Made by a program: the position numbers and the translations under genes. DNA of 64,000 nucleotides. It comes from Nanobdellota archaeon (GTDB lineage Archaea; Aenigmatarchaeota; Aenigmatarchaeia; QMZP01). Numbering within the stretch: position 1 is the stretch's first letter; every line of letters starts with the position of its first letter. The notes beneath the pieces were generated by a model. The model saw only the letters and a program-made list of their open reading frames with translations. It had not been told where the DNA came from and did not search any database. The stretch is from NCBI GenBank assembly GCA_043814765.1, contig JBDRJQ010000029.1, forward strand, positions 80,821 to 144,820, in the 5' to 3' direction. Positions 54,884-64,000 of the stretch are shown here, piece by piece.

Positions 54884-55735
54884 TTAAGCATTGACCCCCT
54901 TTCTTTCAACATACCATCTCAAAATTACACTGTTCTGCAACCACGTGTTTACAATGTCAATAACTAAGCCTATAAACAAAACCATTGCTATCTCTGTTAA
55001 AATTGGAGACACATTGAACAATATTATAACAACTAGCACCCCAAGTGTTGTGATTGTCATTGTGAGGCCAGTCTTCATGGCATTTTTCAGTTTTTCTATG
55101 AGTTCTCCGCCTGTTTTTAACAGCCTCGTAGTAAGCATGATGTCTGTATCAACAGAATATCCTATAAGCATCAGAAGTGCGGCCATTCCCGCCAAAGACA
55201 GCTCTATACCGAAAACCTGCATCAATGCCAGTGTAATAACAATATCAGATAGCGCGGCCAGTATAACTGCGATAGATGGTACACCTGTTTTGAATATAGC
55301 AAAAACAATTATTCCCATCATAACAAACGCTATTATTATTGCTAACTGCATCTGCTGCCAAAACGCTTCGCTAAGGGCAGGACCTATAGTAGCAATAGAA
55401 AACCCGGTTACGGAATAGGAATTTTTTATTTGGTTTAGCATTGCTTCAGAATCTACGTTCTCATCAGCTTCAACCAGTATCTTATAGCCAGAAAAACTTC
55501 TTATCTCTCTAACTGATAGTTGTCCAAAATTTGATGATAACTCGGACTCTAGTGTGTCTATATCAATAGGAGCCTCAATGGATACTGTTAATAATGTTCC
55601 TCCTTTGAGTTCAATAGATCTGGCAAACCATTCACCTGTTTGAAAATAACCGCCAACCAATATTATTACAGATACCGCTAGAAGCATTATAGGAACTGCA
55701 ATAAACGGCTTGTAGTTTTTGAAAAAGATATTCAT
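54884..55735 (-). CDS. secF: Protein-export membrane protein SecF
   Basis: 283 aa with SecF topology and a conserved C-terminal TM bundle. It lies 2 nt upstream of secD. The 175-aa + strand ORF inside it is a shadow. Confidence 0.85.
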   Translation of the reverse strand: MNIFFKNYKPFIAVPIMLLAVSVIILVGGYFQTGEWFARSIELKGGTLLTVSIEAPIDIDTLESELSSNFGQLSVREIRSFSGYKILVEADENVDSEAMLNQIKNSYSVTGFSIATIGPALSEAFWQQMQLAIIIAFVMMGIIVFAIFKTGVPSIAVILAALSDIVITLALMQVFGIELSLAGMAALLMLIGYSVDTDIMLTTRLLKTGGELIEKLKNAMKTGLTMTITTLGVLVVIILFNVSPILTEIAMVLFIGLVIDIVNTWLQNSVILRWYVERKGVNA

Positions 55736-55810
55736 TTGGTATCGCCTTCTTTAATACAATATTATCAAGATGGTATAAATGATTTAAATACGCTATGCTT
55801 ATTCCTCTCT

Positions 55811-56857
55811 ATGCACGATGTAATTATTATTGGAGCAGGGCCAGCAGGGCTGTATACAGCCAAACTCTGCAAAGAAGCAGGAGTCAAGATTCTAGTGCTG
55901 GAGGAGCATGATAAAATAGGCGAACCAGACCATTGTTCAGGTTTAATATCAACAAACCTAAGGGATTTCATTGAGATAAAGAGTTCTTGGTTGGATCATG
56001 AGGTAAAAAGAGCCATAATCTATTCCGGAAGCGGTAAAAGTGTTGAGCTGAAAAAGCCTTCTACAGCTGCGTACGTTATAAATCGCGCAAAATTTGATAA
56101 GCATCTTGCTGAAGGGCTAGAAGACGCTATAATGTTAAACACTCATGTAACAGGCATTGAAGTAAATAAGGATTTTGTTGAAGTAAAGACCAATAGAGAA
56201 AACTACAAATCTAAGATGATTATTGGAAGTGATGGCAGGAATTCTGTGGTAGCAAAACATTTTGGCACAAAACCGGCTGAATTGATTAAAGGTATAATCG
56301 CTATAACTAAAGAAAAAAACAGTGAAGATTCTGTTAAACTATGGTTTGATAAGAAAAATGCTGAAGATGGGTTTTTGTGGAAAATACCGCGCAAGGAAAC
56401 CACTGAATACGGTATGATGGCATCTTCTGCTGATTTTGATAAGCTTGAAAAATTCTTTAAAATCAATTCGAGTTATGACAAGAAAGGAGCGTTAATACCA
56501 ATAGGGCCAGCAAAAACGTTTTTTGAAAGAGCACTTCTGATTGGGGATTCTGCTGGACATGTTAAGCCATGGAGCGGTGGTGGGGTTGTTTATGGTTTCA
56601 CTTGTGCAAAAATAGCGATTAGTGTAATAAAAGAAGCTCTTAAGAAAAATGACTTCTCTGAAAAAGCCTTGAAAAGATATGAGAATGAATGGAAAGAAGC
56701 CATAGGTAAAAACATAACAGCTGGTTTGATGTTCAGGGAGTTCTATAAAGACGCAAGCGAAAAGGACATAGAAAGTTTTTTTGAGTTTGTGCAAAAACTA
56801 GGAGATGTAAACAGTCTGAATATGGATTTTCCAATGCTAAGCGCTATAGAATTTTAA
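55811..56857 (+). CDS. Geranylgeranyl reductase-family FAD-dependent oxidoreductase
   Basis: DVIIIGAGPAGL dinucleotide-binding motif, GSDGRNS, LIGDSAGHVKP. Start taken at ATG 55811 rather than the track's TTG at 55736. Confidence 0.8.
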   Translation: MHDVIIIGAGPAGLYTAKLCKEAGVKILVLEEHDKIGEPDHCSGLISTNLRDFIEIKSSWLDHEVKRAIIYSGSGKSVELKKPSTAAYVINRAKFDKHLAEGLEDAIMLNTHVTGIEVNKDFVEVKTNRENYKSKMIIGSDGRNSVVAKHFGTKPAELIKGIIAITKEKNSEDSVKLWFDKKNAEDGFLWKIPRKETTEYGMMASSADFDKLEKFFKINSSYDKKGALIPIGPAKTFFERALLIGDSAGHVKPWSGGGVVYGFTCAKIAISVIKEALKKNDFSEKALKRYENEWKEAIGKNITAGLMFREFYKDASEKDIESFFEFVQKLGDVNSLNMDFPMLSAIEF

Positions 56858-57258
56858 TCAACTATCGCAAACTTGAATCCGTAGTGTATCAAGCCGTCAT
56901 TGTTGTCTTCTGTTATCTTTCTGAAAACTGATTTGACTCGTTTTCCTATTTTCACGTTTTCTATGTCACCGACAACTTGCCCTGATATGCTTGAGCCCTC
57001 GTCTAGTTTTATTATAGCCACTGCATAAGGAGCGTATTTTTCAAATCCATCCGGAGCAACTCTGATGACAGTGTAAGAAAATATCTCACCGTTTCCGCTA
57101 AATTTAAACTTTTCTGGTTTACCCTTTCGTCTGCAATAAGGACAGAGTATAACAGGCGGGAAAAATACACTGTTGCATGTAGTGCATTTTGTACCTGACA
57201 TGCTGTATTTAGCATCCCTTAATCTCCAAAATAATGGAACAGATGATTTATATGGCAT
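56854..57258 (-). CDS. DUF35 OB-fold/zinc-ribbon protein (scaffold of the archaeal thiolase/HMG-CoA synthase complex)
   Basis: Zn ribbon CTTCNSVFFPPVILCPYC plus an OB fold. The gene order HMGCS-thiolase-DUF35 is conserved in archaea. Confidence 0.85.
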   Translation of the reverse strand: MPYKSSVPLFWRLRDAKYSMSGTKCTTCNSVFFPPVILCPYCRRKGKPEKFKFSGNGEIFSYTVIRVAPDGFEKYAPYAVAIIKLDEGSSISGQVVGDIENVKIGKRVKSVFRKITEDNNDGLIHYGFKFAIVD

Positions 57259-57262
57259 GATA

Positions 57263-58423
57263 TCAAATCTCCTTGTCGAGTATATGTACTACAGCTGTTG
57301 CTCCACTGCCCCCAACATTCAAAGCTAAACCGGTTTTTGCGCCCTTAACCTGCAGCGGACCGTACTGCCCTCTAAGTTGTTTCATTATATCTATTATTTG
57401 TCTAATTCCAGTTGCGCCAACTGGGTGCCCTATAGACTTAAGACCGCCAGCAGTGTTGATTGGTTTTTCTCCGTTTATTGCTATTTTACCATTTTCAACA
57501 AACATTCCTCCCTTACCCTTTTCACAAAAACCAAGGTCTTCTATTGATATAATTTCGTTTATTGAAAAACAATCATGAACTTCTACAACATCTATATTTT
57601 TTGCTTCAAGACCAGCTTCTTGGTATGCTTGTTTTGCAGCATATTTTGTAGCCAGCATTTCTGTCAGACTCTTTCTGTTATGCAGAGCCAGTGTATCTGA
57701 TGCTTGTCCAGAACCTTTAATCCAAATTGGATTCTCAAAACGTTTTGCAATCTCTTCTGATGCCAGAACAACAGCAGCCGCTCCATCAGTTATTGGCGAA
57801 CAATCAAGCAACCTAAGAGGATCAGCAATCAATGGTGATTTCAAGACCTTTTCCACTGTTATTTCATAAGTATATTGAGCATTTGGATTAAGAGCTCCAT
57901 TTTTGTGGTTATTCACGCTAACCATTGCCATCTGTTCTCTTGTGGTTCCAAACTCTTTCATATGCCTCTGGGCCATGAGCGCATAGAGCCCTGTAAAGGT
58001 TAAACCAACACTGCTTTCCCATTCCTGGTCACCCGCGCCCATAAGCGTAGACAAAGCTGCTGTTCCTTTTACATCTGTCATTTTTTCTGCGCCAGCAGCT
58101 ATAACAATATCATACTTGCCACTCTGTATTGAGAGCAGTGCTTGCCTAAATGCCAATGCGCCTGATGCACAGGCTGCTTCTACTCTCGTTGAAGGTATGG
58201 GTATAAGGCCTGATTCGTCTGCAGCAAGAGCTGCAAGATGTTCTTGACCTATGAAATGCCCAGAAGACATATTGCCCACAAACATGGCTTGGATGTCTTT
58301 TCCCTCTACTTTTGCATCTTCCAGTGCCAATATGCCAGCTTCTGTGGAGAGCTGTCTGAGCGACTTACTCCAATGCTCATCAAACTTTGTGTATCCTCCA
58401 CCAATAACAGCAACTTTTCTCAT
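57263..58423 (-). CDS. Acetyl-CoA C-acetyltransferase (archaeal thiolase)
   Basis: Active-site region VEAACASGALAF and C-terminal NVGGSGAT. 386 aa. Confidence 0.9.
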   Translation of the reverse strand: MRKVAVIGGGYTKFDEHWSKSLRQLSTEAGILALEDAKVEGKDIQAMFVGNMSSGHFIGQEHLAALAADESGLIPIPSTRVEAACASGALAFRQALLSIQSGKYDIVIAAGAEKMTDVKGTAALSTLMGAGDQEWESSVGLTFTGLYALMAQRHMKEFGTTREQMAMVSVNNHKNGALNPNAQYTYEITVEKVLKSPLIADPLRLLDCSPITDGAAAVVLASEEIAKRFENPIWIKGSGQASDTLALHNRKSLTEMLATKYAAKQAYQEAGLEAKNIDVVEVHDCFSINEIISIEDLGFCEKGKGGMFVENGKIAINGEKPINTAGGLKSIGHPVGATGIRQIIDIMKQLRGQYGPLQVKGAKTGLALNVGGSGATAVVHILDKEI

Positions 58424-58433
58424 ATCAAATTTC

Positions 58434-59477
58434 CTAGAGTTTTAATTTTCCTCTTAGTTTTGCATAGGTTCCGTAATCTATATTGTGTTTGTTTTTAAGA
58501 TAGTACTCTGTTTTAGGAGCATTATCTCTTCTCTCTAATATTTTATCTGTAACCATGAATGAAAACGAATCCGAACCTGCCCCAGAACCGTATGAAGTAA
58601 CAAGAATTCTGCTTCCTGGTTTTGCTACATCCAAAACAGTAGACAATCCAACAGGACTAGCTCCTGAATAACAATTGCCCATTCTTTTAACAACAAGTCC
58701 TTGCTCAAGCTTTTCTAAAGGAAATCCTAAATCTTTGCAAACAGTTGTTGGGAATTTACCATTAGGCATGTGAAACACAACATAATCGAAATCATCCTGT
58801 TTTAATGAAAGCTTTTCCAAAAGGCCTTTTGTTGCAGATATTACATGATTAAAATAAGCTGGTTTTCCGGTAAACCTTGCACCGTGTTCAGGATATTGTT
58901 GGCCTTCTCTGCGCCAGAAATCGCTTGTATCACTGGTGTAAGAATACATGCCTTCAATTTTAGCTGCAGGATCTTTGCCTATAATAAACGCGGCTCCTCC
59001 TGCTGCTGCAGTATATTCCAGAGCATCTCCTGGCTTTCCTTGAGCAGTATCTGCTCCTATGGCAATACCATACTCTATTTCGCCTGCTTTTACAAGACCG
59101 TAACAGCACTGAATTGCTGCTGTTCCTGCCTTGCAGGCGAATTCAAAATCAGCCATCATAAGGTTGGTTGAAAGTCCGAGTGTTTGAGCAACAACTGTTC
59201 CGCTAGGCTTAACAGCGTAAGGATGGCTCTCAGACCCTATATATAATGCACCAATCTTAGCTGGATCGATGCCTGCGCGCAGTAGCGCATTGCGTGCGGC
59301 TTCTACGCTTATTGTTATGGTGTCCTCGTCCATAGCAGGCACGCTCTTTTCATCTACGAGCAGACCTTTTCTTAGTGCCTGAGCGTCCTGTCCCCATACC
59401 TTTGCTATTTCATCTATAGTTATCCTGTATCTGGGAACGTATGCACCATAACCTACAATACCAATATCCATACTCAA
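58434..59477 (-). CDS. Hydroxymethylglutaryl-CoA synthase (archaeal type)
   Basis: Catalytic-Cys region [18 protein letters not shown], and GNCYSGASP near the C-terminus. Confidence 0.88.
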   Translation of the reverse strand: MSMDIGIVGYGAYVPRYRITIDEIAKVWGQDAQALRKGLLVDEKSVPAMDEDTITISVEAARNALLRAGIDPAKIGALYIGSESHPYAVKPSGTVVAQTLGLSTNLMMADFEFACKAGTAAIQCCYGLVKAGEIEYGIAIGADTAQGKPGDALEYTAAAGGAAFIIGKDPAAKIEGMYSYTSDTSDFWRREGQQYPEHGARFTGKPAYFNHVISATKGLLEKLSLKQDDFDYVVFHMPNGKFPTTVCKDLGFPLEKLEQGLVVKRMGNCYSGASPVGLSTVLDVAKPGSRILVTSYGSGAGSDSFSFMVTDKILERRDNAPKTEYYLKNKHNIDYGTYAKLRGKLKL

Positions 59478-59726
59478 TTACCTGTCCACTCCATTAAAAA
59501 CGATTTAGATACACATTATTGAACATAAACCTTTTAAATTAAACCTTTTAGAGCTTTCGCTTCTACAAAAGGTCTTGTCTCTTCTCACATGAAATGACGA
59601 GGGACAATCTCCAATTCTATGCACTGTAAGATTGGATTTAATCCAAAACTATTTAAACCTTGAAAACATGCTTCGACAATCATAATTGAGGTATTTAAAT
59701 TTATTAACCAACTACAAAGAGATATC

Positions 59727-60800
59727 ATGGAACGCATACGAATATCAAAGCCCTTTATGGGAGAAGAGGAAATAAACGCTATTAGGAATGTTCTTTTATC
59801 AGGAAATTTGGTGCAGGGTGAAAAGGTAAGAGAGTTTGAAGAAGCTGTTTCAAATTACATTGGTGTAGAGCATGCCATAGCAACATCTTCAGGCACAACA
59901 GCTCTGCATCTTGCAGTAGAATCTTTGGGCATAGGCCCAGAGGATGAAGTTATAACAACACCGTTTACGTTTATAGCAAGTACTAATTGTATACTCTACA
60001 ATAATGCAAAACCTGTTTTTGTTGATATTGATCCGAAAACTTTCAATATTGATCCTGGAAAAATAGAGGAAAAAATAACAGATAAAACCAAGGCCGTTCT
60101 AATTGTTCATCTGTATGGTCAGCCATGTGAAATGGAAAGGATAAAGGAAATATGCAACAAACACAATCTTAAATTAATAGAAGACTGCGCGCAGGCAATT
60201 GGTGCAGAATATAAAAATCAAAAGGTTGGAACTTTTGGCGACGTGTCTGCTCTTTCCTTTTACGCAACCAAAAACATAACAACAGGTGAAGGAGGAATGC
60301 TTTTAACAAACAGCGTTTCGCTTGCAGAGCCTTCAAGGCTCAGAAGACAGCACGGTCAGAAAAGAATATACGAATATGAGATTCTTGGTTATAATTACAG
60401 AATGACTGACATGCAGGCTGCTATTGGAATCGAACAGATGAAAAAAATAGAAAGATTAAACAGCAAACGAATTGAAAACGCAAACAGTATGTCTAGGCTT
60501 CTATCTGATACTGAAGGCATTGTACTTCCTTCAGTAACAAATGATACAAAACATGTTTTTCATCAATATACAATTCGTGTTCTCAACAACAAGAGAGACG
60601 GCCTAAAAGAATATCTGAATGGTAAAAATATTGAAGCCATGGTTTACTATCCGCAAACAATTTATCAAAAAGGCACTGAAAACTGCCCTGAAGCAGAAAG
60701 AGCAGCAAAAGAAGTTTTATCCTTGCCCATACATCCTTTTTTGAAGAGAGATGATATTGAAACAATAACTGAAGAAATTAAAAATGGTTTGAAATTATAA
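59727..60800 (+). CDS. DegT/DnrJ/EryC1/StrS-family PLP-dependent sugar aminotransferase (WbpE-like)
   Basis: PLP-lysine context SFYATKNITTGEGG and N-terminal GEEEINAI...SGNLVQG. Confidence 0.88.
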   Translation: MERIRISKPFMGEEEINAIRNVLLSGNLVQGEKVREFEEAVSNYIGVEHAIATSSGTTALHLAVESLGIGPEDEVITTPFTFIASTNCILYNNAKPVFVDIDPKTFNIDPGKIEEKITDKTKAVLIVHLYGQPCEMERIKEICNKHNLKLIEDCAQAIGAEYKNQKVGTFGDVSALSFYATKNITTGEGGMLLTNSVSLAEPSRLRRQHGQKRIYEYEILGYNYRMTDMQAAIGIEQMKKIERLNSKRIENANSMSRLLSDTEGIVLPSVTNDTKHVFHQYTIRVLNNKRDGLKEYLNGKNIEAMVYYPQTIYQKGTENCPEAERAAKEVLSLPIHPFLKRDDIETITEEIKNGLKL

Positions 60801-60805
60801 CGGTG

Positions 60806-61327
60806 TTATTTATTACAGTCATCGCATAACATTGCTTCTGTTTTTTCCATCTTCTTTCCGCACTTGCAAACATATCCCATTATTTTTGCTGGATTGCCAT
60901 AAACTAAAGCGTGTGATGGAACATCTTTGGTTACAACAGAAGACGCGCCTATCATTGCATATTCTCCGATTGTAATTCCTGGTATAAGTGTTGAGTTGGC
61001 ACCGACAGAAGCGCCTTTCTTAATATAAGTTCTGCCGCCTTTCCTGTTATCGTTCCATACGAACGCTCTTGGATAAGGGTCATTTGTTACAATTACTCCA
61101 GGCCCCAACTGCGTGTCATCCTCTAGCTCTGCGTTGTAAACACAAACATTGTTTTGTATCTTAACATTTGAACCGACAACAACATCCGGATCAATGTATA
61201 CGTTTTTCCCTATAATGCAATTAGAGCCTATTTTAGCGCCGTCTCTAACATGTGCATGATGCCAGATTTTTGTGCCTTCGCCTATACTTTTTGACTCTAC
61301 AATAGCTGTCGGATGTATTGTTATCAT
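60806..61327 (-). CDS. Hexapeptide-repeat (LbH) sugar N-acetyltransferase (WbpD-like)
   Basis: Repeated [LIV]G-x4 hexapeptides throughout and a C-terminal Cys pair. Its start overlaps the stop of the upstream oxidoreductase by 4 nt. Confidence 0.8.
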   Translation of the reverse strand: MITIHPTAIVESKSIGEGTKIWHHAHVRDGAKIGSNCIIGKNVYIDPDVVVGSNVKIQNNVCVYNAELEDDTQLGPGVIVTNDPYPRAFVWNDNRKGGRTYIKKGASVGANSTLIPGITIGEYAMIGASSVVTKDVPSHALVYGNPAKIMGYVCKCGKKMEKTEAMLCDDCNK

Positions 61328-62304
61328 AAATCAACCTCTCTGTCATTGCACATTTTTGTTGCCTTTAAAGCTATATCAAGAGCTGTGAGACCGTCCTCCC
61401 CTGTTACTAGCGGTGTTTTATCATTTTTTATGCAATCCAAAAAATGCTCTATTTCCAGTTTAAGAGGTTCCTCGCCCTCTAGTGTTATTTTCATTACCTG
61501 TGGTTTGGCGAATTCAACAACATCATGGAAATCGTCTATGTTTTTCTTCAGTTTGGTCTTGTATATGATAAGTTCCTGTGTAATGTAATTAGCTTCTGCA
61601 TAACCGTTTGTTCCTGTTACAGCTATGTTTCGTATTTTTACAGGTGTTATCCAGTTAGCCTGTATCAAAACATTGGTTTTTCCAAACTTCATGAATATGT
61701 CTGCATAATCTTCTCTCTTATCAATTAGCGCTCTACCCCCGCTCGCATAAATATCATCGGGTTTCTTGTTTAGAAGGTAACTGGCTATGTCAATATCATG
61801 AACTGCAAGATCTATGATAACATTGGCGTCTGATATCTGTGGCGGGAAAACACCAACCCTTTTTGCTATTATGCTTGTAATATCCCCAAGCTCCTTTCTG
61901 TCCATAATCTCCTTTAGTTTCTGTATAACTGGATTGAATCTCTCTATATGGCCAACTAAAAGTTTTACGTTCTTGCTCTTGGCTGCTTCTATCATAACTT
62001 TAGCATCTTCTATGTTTCTTGCAATTGGCTTTTCAACAAGCACGTGTTTTCCTTTTTCTACACAGTGAAGACAAACTTCTTTATGCAGCCTTGTCGGAAC
62101 AGCTATAGAAACAGCGTCTATATCCTCATTGTCCAGCATCTCTTTGTAATCATTATAGAATTTGCAACCAAGTTTTTCTGCAATCTCTCTTCCTTTCTTT
62201 TCGTCAATGTCAGAAATAGCAACCAATTCACTATCAAGTTCTGAATAAACCCTTGCATGGTGTTTGCCAATATTTCCTATTCCTATAACAGCAGCTTTTA
62301 TCAT
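61324..62304 (-). CDS. Gfo/Idh/MocA-family NAD-dependent sugar oxidoreductase (WbpB-like)
   Basis: N-terminal Rossmann motif IKAAVIGIGNIGKHH and EKP motif (VLVEKPIA). Start taken at ATG 62304, preceded by GGAGA. Confidence 0.82.
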   Translation of the reverse strand: MIKAAVIGIGNIGKHHARVYSELDSELVAISDIDEKKGREIAEKLGCKFYNDYKEMLDNEDIDAVSIAVPTRLHKEVCLHCVEKGKHVLVEKPIARNIEDAKVMIEAAKSKNVKLLVGHIERFNPVIQKLKEIMDRKELGDITSIIAKRVGVFPPQISDANVIIDLAVHDIDIASYLLNKKPDDIYASGGRALIDKREDYADIFMKFGKTNVLIQANWITPVKIRNIAVTGTNGYAEANYITQELIIYKTKLKKNIDDFHDVVEFAKPQVMKITLEGEEPLKLEIEHFLDCIKNDKTPLVTGEDGLTALDIALKATKMCNDREVDL

Positions 62305-62319
62305 ATTTTCTCCGCACAA

Positions 62320-62925
62320 CTATTTGAATATGAATCTATGAATTTTGTAAGCTTCACCAAACTCAACATTCATCTGTTTTCCGCGCACCTTTGCTAGTGA
62401 TTTTATTGCTTCTGGATCATAGTAGTATCTTCTGTATTGTGTTTTGTAGTGCTTCAACACCTCAAGTTTTTTATCAAATTCCTCTGGCGTGAGAGCAACT
62501 ATCAGATTAGGCGTAAAATGTTCGACGCTTTTAATGTCTTCATACATGAGAACAGAGGCGTTTCTAAACACCCTTAAGCACTCTTCTGACACTATTCTGT
62601 GGTCTTGATGAAGGGTATTGATATCATGAGTGACAACAATGTCAGGGTTGAAGTTTTCTTTTTCTTCCTCTAAAACGCGTCGTATTTCACTAGCTTTTTC
62701 AGGAAGTTTTGTGTTTGGAAAGTCGAGAAGTTTTGGATCCTTTATGCCAAGAGCAGACATTGCATCATAAAACTCCTTGCTTACTCCGTCATTGCCTTCT
62801 TGCTCTTCGCAGTTTGAGAATACGAGAACTCTGCAGTTATCCCTTTTTAACATTTTCATGATTAATCCTGAGGCCCCCATTTCTATATCATCTACGTGAG
62901 CGCCAACAAAGAGTATGTTCTTCAT
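62320..62925 (-). CDS. PIG-L/LmbE-family N-acetyl-sugar deacetylase
   Basis: VGAHVDDIEMG (AHPDDE-like) and the HQDH motif. Confidence 0.8.
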   Translation of the reverse strand: MKNILFVGAHVDDIEMGASGLIMKMLKRDNCRVLVFSNCEEQEGNDGVSKEFYDAMSALGIKDPKLLDFPNTKLPEKASEIRRVLEEEKENFNPDIVVTHDINTLHQDHRIVSEECLRVFRNASVLMYEDIKSVEHFTPNLIVALTPEEFDKKLEVLKHYKTQYRRYYYDPEAIKSLAKVRGKQMNVEFGEAYKIHRFIFK

Positions 62926-63019
62926 ATAATATCACTTCTATATCATGTCTATTGCTAAAACTTATAAATGCTTAATTTAAGTGTTTTTATATTTTAATCA
63001 AATACTATTGAATGATTTT

Positions 63020-64000
63020 ATGGAAAAACTAAAGATTCTCACGACTGGAGGAGGAGCGCCTGGAGCTAGAGGAATATTCAAAAGCTTCAGAATGGGTGCT
63101 AAAGAAGAGGGTCGGGAACTTGAAATAATAACATCTGACGCAGATGATCAGTCTTATGGGTTTCATCTAGCAGACAAGCACTATGTCATACCATCTGGCA
63201 AGTCTCCTGATTTTATTGAAAAACTACTGGAAATATGCGAAAAGGAAAGGCCTCAATTATTATATTCTTGGGTAACACCTGAACTAGTTCCTTTGGCTGA
63301 AAACAAAAATAGATTTGAAGCTTTAGGGACAAGGGTTGTTCTCTCAGATGTAGAAGCTATAAGAACTGCTCAGAACAAGAGACTGTGCTATGAAACTATA
63401 CGTGAATTTGGTTACGCTCCTGAATTTAGGTTTACAAACACCATCGAAGGCATAGAAAAAGCGGCAATAGAACTGGGTTATCCTAGCAAGCCTGTTTGCT
63501 ACAAGCCTGAAGTGGCTCATGGCATGCGTGGTTTCAGGATAATGAAGCCAGGAACCAACAGAGCAGAAATGTTGTTTAATGAAAAACCGATGAGTGTATT
63601 TACAACTCTAGAAGAGACAAAGGAGATTCTAAAAGATTATGAATTACCAAACATGCTGGTTATGGAATATCTCAGCGGTGCAAACGAAAAGGAATACAGT
63701 CTGGATATGCTTCTAGATGATAAGGGTCCTGTTGTTACAATACCTCGCGTTAGAACAAAAACAAAACAAGGCATATCGTATATAGCTGACGTAGAAAAGA
63801 ATGAGGAATTAATTGAAGCTGCAGAAAAAATCGCCAAAAAGATTGGACTCAAATACAGTATAAACATGCAATTCCGTTTTTCTGGAGAAGGTAAACCAAA
63901 ACTAATAGAAATTAATCCACGGCTTTCAGGAACTATTATAGCATGTGTGGGTGCAGGTGCAAACCTGCCATGGCTCTCTGCAAAAATAGCATTAGGCGAA
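63020..64000 (+). CDS. ATP-grasp enzyme (carbamoyl-phosphate-synthase-like ligase), 3' end truncated by the window edge
   Basis: Absent from the track because there is no stop codon. ATG 63020 opens 327 codons: MEKLKILTTGGGAPGA...VMEYLSG...IEINPRLSGT, which is typical of ATP-grasp enzymes. Confidence 0.75.
   Translation, partial: MEKLKILTTGGGAPGARGIFKSFRMGAKEEGRELEIITSDADDQSYGFHLADKHYVIPSGKSPDFIEKLLEICEKERPQLLYSWVTPELVPLAENKNRFEALGTRVVLSDVEAIRTAQNKRLCYETIREFGYAPEFRFTNTIEGIEKAAIELGYPSKPVCYKPEVAHGMRGFRIMKPGTNRAEMLFNEKPMSVFTTLEETKEILKDYELPNMLVMEYLSGANEKEYSLDMLLDDKGPVVTIPRVRTKTKQGISYIADVEKNEELIEAAEKIAKKIGLKYSINMQFRFSGEGKPKLIEINPRLSGTIIACVGAGANLPWLSAKIALGE

Noticed and set aside
54891-55418. A 175-aa + strand ORF inside secF. 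Similar long antisense ORFs occur at 12183..12620 (in porB), 13644..14099, 16657..17136, 8523..8897 and 53548..53889.
   Set aside because: Each overlaps a gene with clear family motifs on the opposite strand. The translations have no motifs and show the biased composition typical of shadow ORFs.
55736-55810. A TTG-initiated extension of the geranylgeranyl reductase ORF that abuts the secF start codon.
   Set aside because: It would leave no promoter for either divergent gene. ATG 55811 begins directly at the FAD-binding MHDVIIIGAGPAGL.
1-64000. CRISPR arrays, rRNA or tRNA genes, transposases/IS elements, and reverse transcriptase/DGR components.
   Set aside because: No regularly spaced short repeats occur outside coding repeats. 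No tRNA T-arm consensus occurs in intergenic DNA. No ORF has transposase, integrase or RT motifs.

Overview
This is an AT-rich, gene-dense archaeal chromosome segment. Markers include TBP, TFB, fibrillarin, ribosomal proteins L15e/S8e/L37e/S15, LSm, ATP-dependent DNA ligase, SecDF and the HMG-CoA synthase/thiolase/DUF35 trio. Most genes are preceded by GGAGG-like Shine-Dalgarno (SD) sequences. I found no rRNA, tRNA or CRISPR array by eye. The small housekeeping genes combined with several giant secreted proteins suggest a small-genome, DPANN-like archaeon, but that is inference only. Two genes truncated by the window edges are missing from the ORF track. One is a >=1841-aa secreted Cys-rich protein on the minus strand (1..5523). 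The other is an ATP-grasp gene (63020..>64000, + strand). The most unusual region is the anaerobic ribonucleotide reductase locus (about 23.05-29.1 kb). NrdD there carries a complete NrdR-like zinc ribbon plus ATP-cone at its N-terminus, behind a 12-bp inverted repeat that straddles the promoter. NrdD is interrupted by a LAGLIDADG intein, and its glycyl-radical domain sits on a separate, translationally coupled 58-aa ORF. The activase NrdG carries a second, very AT-rich 497-aa intein at its GGEP motif. A ferredoxin and a DUF1858 gene follow. Other points of interest: (1) an HTH/5-Cys regulator behind a perfect 2x21-bp tandem repeat, upstream of nifS-nifU; (2) hemopexin-like modules in the giant Cys-rich protein; (3) a G+C-rich, bacterial-style SBBP lipoprotein gene that looks horizontally acquired, inside a block of giant surface-protein genes; (4) a partner-less secretion ATPase co-transcribed with a processive GT2 synthase; (5) a WbpB/D/E-like diacetamido-sugar cluster. 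All functional calls rest on motif recognition by eye. No database search was run.
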